A model generated the notes under the pieces. It did not search any database and was not told the origin of the DNA. It worked only from the letters and a program-made list of their open reading frames with translations. A stretch of DNA of 64,000 nucleotides from Schmidtea nova (lineage: Eukaryota): the NCBI GenBank assembly GCA_044892505.1, contig CM097882.1, positions 428,978,001 to 429,042,000 of the forward strand, written 5' to 3'. A program made the position numbers and the translations under genes. Below are positions 51,200 through 64,000 of this stretch, piece by piece. Each line of letters starts with the position of its first letter. Position 1 is the first letter of the stretch.

Positions 51200-51900
51200 C
51201 ACCGGGGAAATGGGTATGGTTGAATGCCAAATCAAAAGACAAATCCAAAAATAATGATAGAAATTTAGTAAGAGGTCTCCAGAGAAAATTATGTAGTAAA
51301 AACAAACTAATTAAAATGAATTAATCGCTCAATGGGAAGCCAGAGACAATGGGAAGCTCAAGGCAATGGGAAACCCGAGCGCAGTAGAGACCCGTTAGAT
51401 CAAAGGCGGGAGATTGCGCATTGCAATTAGGGAGAATCCACGCAAGTGCCAACATAATAATTTGTTGATGGATCAATTAAGACAGAGATTTACTAACTTT
51501 TTGGTTGTTGATAAAATTTAATTTGCATTTGCGATTTGTATAAAAAGTAGCGCAAATTAAAGGATGGGTCGAGAAACCGAGAGATTGACGGACAGAAAGT
51601 TATTGAAATTTATTGAAATTAACCAAGAGAAAGAAGAGAGAACATTGCGAAATTCGAAAAGACAATAAAAAAAGTGATAAAGATATCTTTGTAACCGTCC
51701 TAACGAGAGGATCAAGTCCGATTAAGAACGAAAGTGCAAATTGTCGAGAGCGTACATCATATTGATTAAAACAAGTTTGGATAAATTGTAAATTGTGGTG
51801 ATCATCAAATAAATTGTTCTGTGTTGGGTTTCATTGATTTTTGATAATTAAAGGACACGAGGAGTCAGTCTTTAAACCGATCTTAAACAACACAATAACA
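51200..51900 (+). repeat. Possible solo LTR, related to 53700-54420
   Basis: Shared motifs aatgggaa..cccgag and aattgtaaatt..ttgggt..ttgatt..acac..agtcag. The boundaries are uncertain. Confidence 0.35.
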
Positions 51901-52589
51901 ATCCAACACTACTTTAACTTTCTGAAATTATTAATGTTTATTTTAAATAAATTTACCAGTTTAATTTTTAAGAAAATAGATGTAAGATTTTTAATGATTT
52001 TATTTTAATTTAAGAAAGAAAAATATATTAAGTTTTATAATTTTTCACTTTTGTAAAACTGGGTGATTCCCTAGTAACAGTAAGTGCGTGTGGCCTAATT
52101 ATTATTTGTAGACAAAATGTCAAGTTTTGTCGAACTCCATTATCATCGGTTAGATTTTATTAAGGAGATAACTTCCCATAATATACACCAACAGTCTGTA
52201 ATTAATGGTCACAAAGACATTTATTACAGGCAGTTTGTGAGTAATAACTATTAATTATGTTTCTTAATCATATTTTAAAGCTATTTTAACATATTTTAAA
52301 TTTATTTAATATTTTAAGTTAAATATCTATTTATTTTATAAATATAATTTTTAGATATTTATGAAATACTGAAAAAAGTAAGTCATTATAATTTTTATTC
52401 GGCAATAAAATTACATGAGCTTATTTACATGTCCCCCAAGATTTCCTCTTTGAAAAAAGACTTTGGAAAGAACCGTTTTAGATGATCATAATAACTTTTG
52501 AAATGAAAACATGATCCTTTATCTAATTCTTCCTCCATAAACCTTTTGACTGATTCCATCCGAATTTTGTAATCAGTGGTGCTTTATCT

Positions 52590-53240
52590 TCAGTTGCCGT
52601 AACGTCTTTTCTGATAGGCCCTTTTAATTTACTAAAAAAACTTTCTATGGAGTTTAGAAAGAGGTTATAAGGTGGCAAGCATTTGATATAATTATTTTGC
52701 TAAGTAACATTCACGTGGATAGAAGCCTTATCGTGTATCAAATAATAATGCGTTCCATCCAGTTTTTCTGATAGTTCGTCTCTAAAGCTTTGATAGCTTT
52801 CTTTCTTAAATGATCCCAAAATCACTTTATGGTGAACTGGACCATAAAGGCTTATTGTGAGTACCAGTGATATATTAGCACCTCTACTGGTAGGAATTTG
52901 AGCAGAGTCTCTCAACTTTTCTATTTCATCCGCATGTTTGATTTGTCCATATATTGAAGCTGCATTCGTTGATTTAGATACACTTATCATCAGTCAAACA
53001 TTCTTTGAGAAGTTTTCTAACATAATCTGATCTGTTTTGTAAAACTCTTTCAGAGTTTCGATCTATAATACATGGGTGTACCTTCTTGAAGATTAATAGC
53101 ATATTTTTCCAAAATCTGGATATTGTTTTTGTGGACACATTGCAACTAATTATATCCAGGAAGTTTTTCATTTCTTCCAAAGAAGCCCAATAATTGTGGT
53201 CCACAAAATCTAATAATTGTGTTTCATTATTTGATTTATT
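52590..53240 (-). pseudogene. Tc1/IS630-like transposase, degenerate
   Basis: VSTKTISR..FIDECSFN..RGANISLVLTIS.YG..IHDKASIH..LPPYNLFLNSIE (DDE pattern). Contains stops and frameshifts. Confidence 0.75.
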
Positions 53241-56085
53241 AGACTGATATGTTTTTTGTTAATTTGTTTTGTCTGTGTTTTTTCGTGTTTATTTCTTGCA
53301 TTTATTCACTTTATATTTAAATTTTGTTTTAATTTATTTTTCTAATTATTTTGTTTCTAATTATTTTTGTTTCACATGATGTTTTTCTCAGATATCTGAG
53401 TATTCTTCTTGCGCGGTCTCTACATGTTATGTCAGCGCTCACTTACAAATTCATGGGNNNNNNNNNNNNNNNNNNNNNNNNNNNNNNNNNNNNNNNNNNN
53501 NNNNNNNNNNNNNNNNNNNNNNNNNNNNNNNNNNNNNNNNNNNNNNNNNNNNNNNNNNNNNNNNNNNNNNNNNNNNNNNNNNNNNNNNNNNNNNNNNNNN
53601 NATTGTTCGAATAGGTACGAAATAAAATATAATGCACAAAAACAAAGTCCAAAATAATAAAAATATCAAAAAGCAATAATTAAAGTGCAACATTAATTAA
53701 AATTCCGGAAAAATAAAAAATAAATATTTAGTGGGGAAAACTGGATGGGCGGATGCCAAATGATGAGACGAATCCAAATATAATAATATAAATTTAAGAG
53801 GGGTCACTAGAAATAAATATTAGGAAAATACAAAGTAATTACAATAATTAATTATCTAATAGAAAGCCCGAGCTAATGGAAAACACGAGTTCAAAATAAA
53901 GTAATTGAATTTGAGAATCCAATTAATTAAATCTAATAAAAACCCGAGCTGTGTGGGAAGTCCAAACCAAAAACAAAATAATTAGATTACGAAGGATCAA
54001 TAAATTTTAAGGAAACTCTGACAGATAAGAAAAATCAAATTTTAAAAACAATTTAATTAATTACAGAGATATTCTGGGTAAAGAGGAAAACTTTACTTGG
54101 ATGACAAGATTCAATGAGAAGGACTCACTTAATTATAGTGACTGGGATCAATATAAAAGATGACAAATTTCCATCAATACGAGAATTTTTGAAAGGTCAG
54201 TAGACTAAACGGTAGTATCAGCAAATAAAATAAATTTCGTATACTAGAAAGGGCAATCTCCCATTGGAATGACCAACTCCTAATGCAAGAAAGTGCAAAT
54301 AAGTAAAGAAATGTTATTCACAATTGTAAATTTTGTGCTAAATTGAATAAAAGTTATTGTATTGGGTAATCTTGATTGATTTTAAATAAGAACACTAAAG
54401 TCAGAAAATAATACTGACTTAAATTAAAAACTCAACAAATTTATAAAATGTTGCTGCATAACGTGGTTAAGTGCCGATAAGAACCTGATCCAGCTTCTTA
54501 CAAGACAGTCAGAAAAAGACGCTATTCATCTACCAGAACGCTTCACTATCTCAGAACTAATTCCACCAAAGATGAGCGGAAATTACCAAGAAGTAAGAAA
54601 GAACAATCGAGGAAGACACGATGGCGCGAGGTGAGGTTTCTCGGTCAGTTTAAACAAGTAAAATTGAACCTCGACAAGATTGAGTTATCGAAATTATTTG
54701 AGACAATCTGTTTTTGTTATATTTATGAGCGAGATTTAATAATTTAATTGCTATTAATTACTATTTAATGTTTTCCTATGTTTTATCATATTAAATCTAG
54801 TATTAACTTCGTTGTTTGTTTTCTCATGTGCGGTTGGATTAGAACAGGAGTATAAGATATGAAAGTAAAAAGTTCGAGCTATTAAGTTAATTGCGGGAGA
54901 TTTATTGAAACACAATAACGATACTCACTAGATAATTATACGGAAGAAAAAAAAAGAAAGCAAAACAAGACAAAAACGAGAAATTTTCCATCTTCTTCAA
55001 GTTGTAAGACTAAAATAAACAGAATATTCATTCCATTTAGACAAAAAATTTCAGACAAATCCATCATATAAAATTTCAAAAACGATTCAATTTGGTGACT
55101 TCAAATAGAAATATTTTCAGAAATAATGTATGAAAAAGCATGAAATTTTACTGAATTACCAATAAATTGTCCAAAAAGTATGTTTATATTTACGAATAAT
55201 TAAATATGATTCATGCAAACTCTTAAAATGTGTATTAGTGGTTATAAAATTGAAATTAAAAATGTTAATAAAATTGAAATTAAAAATGTTATAAAATTGA
55301 ATATCGATAATTCAGGTTTCAAATGCAAATTACATGAATGTCGCAAGGAAAAGATTACATGTAATAAGTCTTCTTTTACGTGTTTTAAAAAATTTTCTTT
55401 AAAATGATCTCATTATAATTTTGTCAACCAGACCTGTAAATGACAAAATCTTCCACATTCGTGACATGTACTAAGGAAATATAAAAACAAACTAAAAAAT
55501 GGCCAAACCTAAGATCATGTCAACGTCAAATTGCAAATCACATATTATAAGAAAAATTTGAATGAAACAATGATTATTTCCAGTTAATGGCAAGCTTATA
55601 AGAATATTCACACATGAATATCATCGAAATGTAAAATATCCAAATAGAATTATTCATAAAATAATAACGATGACCTCTAAAATTATGCATTATGAAAAAT
55701 ATTAATGAAATCTTCAAAGTTATGATTACGTCACAATGAAACATTATTATGTAATGGTAATAAGGGAAAATTACCCCAGAGGGAATCAAATCGAAATAGT
55801 GAAATCAGTAGCCATATTAGATAAAAAATAGATTGACAGTAAATTATGCAAAAATGATTGATATTAATTTCCGACAAAATATTAAAAATTTAATGCAATC
55901 ACTAATAAAATTGTCATAATGTTGTAAAATATTATGCAAAAGTAAAAATTTTTCATAAACACGGAAGACGACAATAAAATAAAAACTAAAATGTTTATTA
56001 AATGCACCTATATTTACACAAAATGGAACATAGAGGATCGTCACAAATAACAGATAATACAAATTTTATTTTATATAAAAATATT

Positions 56086-59049
56086 CTAATCTTCGAGCCA
56101 TTCAGAAGTCGGCTTCACGTCATCATAATCAATATTTGTACCCTTCATAAAGCCATCATCATTGGTAGGGTTGTCAATATATTTCGAACTCTTAACATTC
56201 TTTCTCGTGTCCCTCGAGTAATGATTAGGTGCCCTGTTACTGGAACCATCGCACAAAGCTCTCAACCAATCAGGACACTCCTGATTCGCTTCCTGCAGCT
56301 TACTAACAAGGCCTTGCGCCAAACCAATGTCTTTCATTTCATCAAAAAAGCTAATTGCTCGGCCAACATTTCCACAGCGGCCGGTCCTGCCAATCCGGTG
56401 AACATATGTATCGATCGTGTCGGGCATATCGATATTGATGACATTATCGACCTTCGGAATATCGAGCCCTCGGGCAGCAACATTTGTAGCAACCATAAAA
56501 TTAACTCGGCCACTCTTGAAATCATTCAAAGCGATTTCTCTCTGTTCCTGTTCTCGGTCACCGTGAATTGTTGTCGCTTTAAATCCCAAATATCCGAGCT
56601 TGATTCCCAAAAAGTCCGCCATTCGCTTACTCTCAACGAAGATCAGCGTTTTCTCATCGGGAATCGTTTTAATATACTCAATAGCAGTGTTAATTTTTTC
56701 CCTTTGATCCGATTGGATAATTTCCTGTTTCACGTCGCTATTCGCAGAACCAACAACTCCAACTGCCAGAAACAGATAATTCTTCAACAGGTTTCTCGCT
56801 AAGTTCTGTATTTCATTGGGAAAAGTTGCACTGAACATCGATATTTGTATCGATCGATCTTCACCACTAAAATTGGCTTCATTATAGATTTTTTGCACAC
56901 TTTCATAAAATCCATCCGAATCGAGCATCCTATCGGCTTCATCGAGAACAAAAAATTGTAAATATCTCAGGGACAACCAAACCAGTTCCAGGAAATGTAT
57001 CAAACGCCCAGGAGTCGCTACTAAAATATCACAGCCTCCTGTTGCTTGGATATTGCGACGGGACTTGTTCATTTCTATCCCCCCGTAAATGTAAGCACAT
57101 TTGACGTTGGAGCCTCTACACAAATGCCGAGCAGCTGTGAATATCTGTCGACAAAGCTCTCTCGTTGGTGCCATTATTAACGCTTTTGGAAATGCAACAG
57201 CTGATGTCGTTGTAGATTCACTCGTACTCGCACTCAGTGACTTAATTATTGGAATAAGAAAAGCTGCAGTTTTCCCTGAACCGGTTTGAGCGCATGCCAT
57301 TAGATCGCGCTTATTATCGATTATTGGGACTGCATATTTCTGTACAGGAGTGAGTTTGGAATATTTTAAATTATCGATGTTAGATAGGAGAAATTCGGGT
57401 AGATTGAGACTACTGAATGAATTCAGTGATTGAGGTGCGTCATCGCCTGTAACTTCTACCGGGATTTTATCATAATTATCGAAATTAATACCAGAATTCA
57501 CATGGAGTTCGTAATCTTCCTGGTTGTCATCAGGAATAAATGTTGCTCGTTTAACTGCGATTGGAACAGTGGAATCGTCATTATCGACTTGTTCCTTATT
57601 ATTAATTTGATGATCGGGTTTTTGGTTACGATCTGAATTCATTTTTGACGAATAAGGCATATTTCTTTCAGTTAACGTAACAGTTCTATTAAAATCACTA
57701 CAAAAATCATCATTTTCATTATTAGATCTGTTATTTGCATTATTTTTTCCATGAAAATTTTCTGATTCGTAATTATTTCTTTCTCCGTTATTTTCTCTTA
57801 AACAACCTCTATTATTATTACTAATTCTTTGCTCTCTGTTGAATTCCTCTCGACGTTCATCCCATGATTCATCATTGTCCATTTTTCTATTTCTCAACCG
57901 ATCTTTTTCACGTGAATCGTCACGCTTAAAACAATCGTAATTTTCATCGGTTCTTTTTCGATTTTCACGCGAATCTTCTCGATTGCGCCGGTTTGATCTA
58001 TGATTTTTGTCGCTACTATCACGTGAATCGTCACGGCGATTTAAATGTTTTCGATTATCTCTTGAATCGTCACGGTATTTTTTTCGATTTCTTGAATCAT
58101 CGCGATAGCTTCGACGATCTCTTGAGTCGTTTCGAGACCTTTTATTATAATCAAGCGAGTCATCGCGGCGAGATTTACGTTCCCTTGAATCGTTACGGCG
58201 GCTTTTATAATCCGTTGATTCATCTCGGCGTTTTTTATATTCCAGTGAGTCGTTTCTACGTTTTTTATGATCTATTGAGTCATCGCGGCGGGATTTACGT
58301 TCCCTTGAATCATGGCGACTTTTCTTTAAGTCCCTCGAATTGTCACGATTTTTCCTATATTCCAATGAATCATCACGATAATTTTTCCTCTCTCTGGCTT
58401 CCTCTCGCTTGTAATCATTTGTTTTATTAAGATATCTATCATTTCTTTCAACAGGACTTTTTTCTCTTCTATCGTAATTTCTCTCATTTTTATAACTAGC
58501 TTGCTCACTTTCGGTAGTTTTTTTCTTTTCCCAGTTGTTTTTATTGTCCTGGTAACTTGATTTGTTATTCCTATCATTGCTATTATAATTATTCCTATTA
58601 TAATTCGTATCACTAGTCCCATTCCTATTCTCAAATTCTTCCACTTTTCTCGTTGCGAATCTATTCGTTCCTCTATTTCCACTAAATCCCCCTCGTTTCT
58701 CAAAAGATGGACCATTTGAATTATTCATATTATTGTCTTTGTTATAATTGTTACTAACATTAAATCTCGAAATTGGTTCAGTTGTTGTGTTGTCACCATT
58801 TGTAGTTACTTCATTGTCACTGCCGAATCCATTTTGAGATTTCGAGTCACTTTTATGGCCATTTGTGTTGTTACCAGCAACTCCAGAAGCAGTTTTACCT
58901 AAAAGAAAAAAAATCATTTGAGAAATATTGAAAAATAAAGTGAAAAATACCCCATGCTCCCCATTCTTCGTCACTGAGTCCTGAAATTATAGTCATTAAA
59001 AGCTGTAAAATGCTCAAAAAAATGTTTTCTTACCATCATTAACCGACAT
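56086..59049 (-). CDS. vasa: Vasa DEAD-box RNA helicase (952 aa; join 59034-59049, 58951-58980, 56086-58898)
   Basis: Two phase-1 GT-AG introns (53 and 52 nt) give MSVNDGLSDEEWGAWGK.. All helicase motifs are intact (AQTGSGKT, PTREL, TPGRL, DEAD, SAT, HGDR, ARGLD, HRIGRTGR). Vasa-type residues ADFL and GRCGN.GRAISFFD, and an acidic Trp-containing end (SEWLED), distinguish it from PL10/DDX3. Confidence 0.93.
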
Positions 59050-61358
59050 GATAATTTTTAAATGACAAAGGTTGTAGATTGATTTAAACAAATGAACTTC
59101 TTATGAGTTTTTAATTTAATAATTAAAATATATCTATGTGATACGCTGCTTTTCTGAATTAAAATTTTGCATAATTTTTTTAAATGAATAATTCAAAATT
59201 TAATTCTTAGTAAATTTGTATATGATTACAATTTTTATGATATAAAATGAGTTTATAAGTCATACAGTGATTAAATTTTAATTATGTAACATAATAAAAA
59301 TAATTTTAATTTACACCACTTTAAATAAAATTTAATTTTTATAATATAACCGTGATTCGGTTAGAAGTTAAAATATTGTGACTAAGACCTAGATGAAAAT
59401 AATAGTAAATACACTATTGTTGTGTAATCGGTTTGATTGAACACAAACTGTTAATTAATTAATTGTTTTTGAATAGGATTAATGGAAAGGCTGATATATT
59501 TAAATTTAAAGAGTTCTTTATTTGACATAAATAACAGATTTACTTCATTAGTAGTTATTGCTTAGCAAGTAGTACTATTAAATTAATAATTTATTATTAC
59601 AATTATCATAAGATTAGGTGCCTAGGACATACGAAACTCTTTACTGGGAGTTAAATATAGTTCTTTGTTTTTAAATATATTTTTTTGTATTAAACCTACA
59701 TTTATTTAAGGAAATATTACATAACATCAAGTTTGTGACATTTGAATTCATTTTAATTACATAATCAAAATTTTAGTAAATTTTGTCGTGAAATTATCAA
59801 GATGTAATTATTTTAATTCCTTAGATATTTTAATTAATTTTTTAAACTTTAAACAAACGTAATTATCATCGAAAACTATTTTTTTTCAATAAATTGTCAA
59901 AAAAAAGATTTATTATTGAGTTCAAATTAATTTGTAATTAACATAATAAAATTTAAATAAGTCAACAATCATAAATAAATGATCTTATTTTAAATTAATA
60001 AAAGTCTAAATCATTAAAAATTATTAAACGTGACATTATGATTTTAGTGGCTGAAGCCATCGATATTTGATGGATGAGAATTTTAAATCAACTCAAATTT
60101 AAAGAATATTTTTAAAAGTATACAAATGATCATACAAAAAATAGTGTATTAAAACAACCAAAAATGTTTTTTTATCATTCCCAAAATAGATTTTCCAAAT
60201 AATGTTTTTTAAAATTGTCCAAATAAATTTTTCATTTATCATAAATCATCAAAGATCAAACAATTGCCAATTTGAAAATTTAATTTATTTTTTCGGCAAA
60301 TGGAATATCTTGAAAAAGAGAATAATCAGAGTTAAGTGACTTACAATTTCAATCGGTGTAACTTTCGATTCATTTAAAAAAATTTTAGCTTGTTCAATCC
60401 GTAATTAGTTGACTGTCTGTTATATCGTTTTTGAGATAATATCTTTGATTGAGAACTAATTTCTCAGATAGATCTTTGAAATAAAGAGCAATACGACTTC
60501 TTGAAACCCGAATATACTCTCAAATTATATACTTCATCACAATTGCAAAATTGAAATAATTTTACTTCGCAAATCAACACGCACTCCGATACGCCCGCTA
60601 AACAAAACCCCACCGCAATTATACATAACATTACGATTTGTGTTTACTCGCCTGCAATTCATATATTAAATGTTTACAACTAAGTGATTATAATTGGAAT
60701 TATTTTTTCTAAATTCAATATTTGTCTTTACTAATTGCTGGGTTGTCTAAAATGATTCAAAAATAAAGTTAAAAGTGTTGGTTTGCTACAAAAACTATAA
60801 CTATTGGTGGGTAATTTGGAATGCGCGAAAACTAATTACCGTTGCTCTTTACCAATAACCTCACATATAAACATTGAATAACCATGCTGTTGGCAGTTAC
60901 ATTGTAACGTTGGTAATACATCAATGGGTTGACATTCGCAAAAAGTGAGCGTCGCATGAATCAAAATTATAATAGACCGAATGTCGCGAGTGGGTTTAAG
61001 GGCGACCGATAGAAGGTGTTTTGTCCATTTTCGTCACTTCATGCACTATAACTATTAGCAGCAACGATATCAAAATCATTTTCGGTATCCATTAAATAAA
61101 TAAAATCAACTACTAAATTTATTAAATTTGAAAACTACACTCTTTTCTAGTAATATATAAACAAAAACTTGAAGGCTATTCTTCTTTAATTCTGATGTTG
61201 ATTTAAATGCTGGCTAATTTTTAAATAAGAAATAACATATATTTTAAGGTTAATTTAATTAATTAATTTAAGATGTTTAAATAAAAATTTATGATATCTG
61301 ACAAAATACAATTTAAATGTTTATTAGCAATTTTAATTTAAACGTGAATTCTACCCTT

Positions 61359-64000
61359 TCATCCCCCTTCTTTAAATTCTTTAATCTTTTCAATATTCCT
61401 GATTAAAGACTTTCCACATTTATCTCTCAGCATATAACTACGATCGTGTATTCGTTTTGTTACCGTGTATGGTCCTTCATACCTATCTTGATCCTTGTTT
61501 CGTATTTCTCGTTTGATTAACACTTTGTCTCCCACTTCAAACTTCCTTGCAGTTGTTGTTTCGTCATTTAGTCTTACTTTCAATTTTCAATGCTATTTCT
61601 TTTCTGTTGATTCTACTATCACTATACCATTTCGATCTATCAATTCTCCTACCAAAAACAATTTCAGCTGGACTTACTCCCGTTGTTTTTTGGATTGTCG
61701 CGTTAAGTGTATATTCTATATCTGGAATAAGATCTGCCCAGTCTTTTGCATTTCCGTCTTTCAGCGATGCATTAATAAAATCTCTTATTGTCCGGAATTG
61801 TCTTTCGATTATACCATTCGTATTATGATGATATGGACTCGAATACACTATTTCGATCCCTGATTTCTTGCTTATATTCTTTATGCTATTCGCTTCGAAT
61901 GTTTTCCCGCAATCTACATGTAGTTCCTTGGGTGCCCCAAATTTTAGAATCCAATTGTTTAACAATATCTTCCCAATTGTCTCTTCATCCTGTTTATTTA
62001 TTGCTGTTAGCGAAATGTATTTACTGTAATGGTCGATTATTGCGCAAATGTATCTTTTCCTGTTAAATGTTTCTTTCATTGGGCCACAGATATCCATATA
62101 TATTTTCTCGAAAGGTTCTGATGCTTCAAGTACTTTTGATTTCTCTTTCATCTTTGTAGTTACAACTTTAACTTTTTGGCACGATTCGCAGTTTGATATT
62201 GCTGTTTTTACCTCATTTATTAAATCTCTCATATCAAAATTGTTTTGGATGTATTTGATAACTTTATCAACTCCGGCATGACATAATAATAAATGTGTTT
62301 TCTCAATCATTTCTCTTCTTTTACTTTCTGGTATCCATATTCTTTTTTCTTTGGTGTAAATAATGTTATCTTCTATTATAAACCTTTTACTTGGTTGAGT
62401 TCTTATTTTATTTTTAATGTCCTCTATTTCTTCACTATTTCTTTGCCATTCTTCTCCTTTCCCTTCAGTCATTATACTTAACAATCTGGTTTTCATTCTT
62501 CCCATTTTAGGATTATCGTGATCCATAAGGCATTGTACACATGTGCCACACGTTTTCCTCGATAACATGTCTGCGTTAGCATGTAATGTACCTTTTCTAA
62601 ATTCCATTTTTATATCAAGGCTGCTTAAATAGTTTATCCACGTCTGGAATTGAGCTGTAATTGGCTTCTTTGTTGTTAGCATAAACGTTATCGCCTTATG
62701 ATCTGTACGTAGTGTGAATCTTTTCCCATATAAATAGTGGTTGAAATGTCGACAAAAATAGTATATAGCCAGAAGTTCTTTTCTTGTAATACAATAACCC
62801 CTTTCATGGTCATTCATCGCATGTGATCCATATGCGATAACTTGCTCATATCCCATGTCATCCTTCTGTGATAAGACTGCGCCAATCGTATCAAAACTTG
62901 CGTCCGTATCCAATATGAATTCTTTCTTAAAATCCGGAAATACCAAGATCGGTGCGGTTATTAATGCCAACTTCATATTCTCGAAAGCCTGCTCACAATT
63001 TTCATTCCATATTATTTTGTCGCTATTTTTACCACATATACTCTCTAAAGCTCTTGACTTTTTTGCGTAGTCTTTAATAAACCTTCGATAATAGTTGCAG
63101 ATGCCCAAGAAACTTCTTAAATTTTTCACACATTTTGGCCTTTGGAATGATTGAATAGCTTCAATTTTGCTTTGATCAGTTTGAATGCCGCCTTTATTTA
63201 TAATATGGCCTAAGAATTTCACTTCACTTTTCAGTATTTGACATTTTTCTGGGTTAATTCTTAGTTTAGCATCCGCAATTTTCTGCAATACTCTTTCCAG
63301 CAGTTTATAGTGTTCTTCCATTGTATTCGTAAAAATTAATATATCGTCCAAATAAACCATTACTCCGTCTTTCCATAAATCCTTTAATATCTTCGTCATG
63401 AGCTCTTGAAAAGTGCCTGGTGCTGCTGCGATGCCAAATGGCATTCGATTAAAACAGAATTGTCCCTCTTTCGTTGAAAAAGCTGTTTTCTCCTGTGATT
63501 CTCTATCCAATTTTACCTGATAGTATGCGTTTCCAAGGTCAATGGAACTAAAATATCTAGTTCCATGCAAAGCATCTAAGATCTCGTCGACATTTGGCAT
63601 CGGGAACGCTTGCCTTTCAGTAATTTTGTTAAGTTGTCTAAAGTCCAAACAAAGTCTGATATCCTTCTTTTCTTTTTTCCATACGCACACTAAGGGGGTG
63701 TTCCAAGGTGAATTACACTTCCTTATAATATTATTATCCTCCAGATTTTTAATGGCCATGTTTATTTTCTCTTCCAAGTTTATAGGCTGCCTTCTTGGCT
63801 TTATCATTATTGGTCCACCAGTTGTTTCAATTTTATGCTCAATTAAATCAGTGCATCCAATATCCCACTTGTCAGCCATAAAAACACATTTATTTCTCTT
63901 GATAATTTCTAAAAGAAATTTATCTTCTTTTACTTTCAACTTCTCTATTGCATATTGGAATCTTTCTTCATTTGTAATATTCCTCCCAAATTTAGCATCA
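61359..64000 (-). mobile_element. Gypsy/Ty3 LTR retrotransposon pol (RT-RNase H-integrase), continuing beyond the window
   Basis: Open 791-aa frame with RLCLDFRQLN, YLDD, TDAS, HH-CC and the DDE core. The GPY tail is in another frame (frameshift at ~61570). Polypurine tract AAAGAAGGGGGA followed by TG at 61361-61360 marks the 3' LTR start. Confidence 0.95.

Noticed and set aside
54470-54635. Open stretch EPDPASTRQ..RHDGAR followed by GTGAG as an exon
   Set aside because: No clear acceptor, partner exons or homology. It may belong to the adjacent repeat.
56002-56802. 266-aa plus-strand ORF and other ORFs overlapping vasa
   Set aside because: Antisense or alternative-frame shadows of the vasa coding sequence.
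58899-58974. ORF-track start MTKNGEHGVFFTLFF for vasa
   Set aside because: It begins at a GTG and reads through intron 2. The spliced model gives a typical acidic/Trp Vasa N-terminus from the ATG at 59049.

Overview
AT-rich animal genomic DNA with many N gaps and short (40-130 nt) GT-AG introns. It is probably a flatworm such as a planarian; this is an inference from the vasa sequence, intron sizes and transposon content. Host genes: (1) a complete three-exon vasa (56086-59049, minus); (2) two near-identical copies of the 3' exons of a fibronectin type III repeat gene (9206-10574 and 29638-31008, minus); (3) a calmodulin N-terminal fragment. The main feature is a decayed Maverick/Polinton-type endogenous virus at 12309-26827. 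It has long terminal inverted repeats (TIRs) and an exact 6-bp target-site duplication (TSD, cattgt). It carries a compact minus-strand virion module: packaging ATPase, basic pX-like core protein, chromo-integrase, penton, QxGxG protein, major capsid protein and a spliced adenain protease. It has no visible protein-primed polymerase B (pPolB). It does carry a frameshifted TBP-like gene head-to-head with the virion module, plus spliced accessory genes, two of which have histone H3-like ARKS motifs. Other mobile DNA: two hAT transposons with TSDs; a ~1.1-kb repeat family headed by a palindrome; an internally deleted LTR element whose Gag is fused behind a ubiquitin-like domain; Penelope-type minimal hammerhead motifs with a U3-A8 core; Tc1/IS630 fragments; a piggyBac MITE; one degenerate and one nearly intact Gypsy element. 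All calls come from manual reading and motif recall; no database searches were run.
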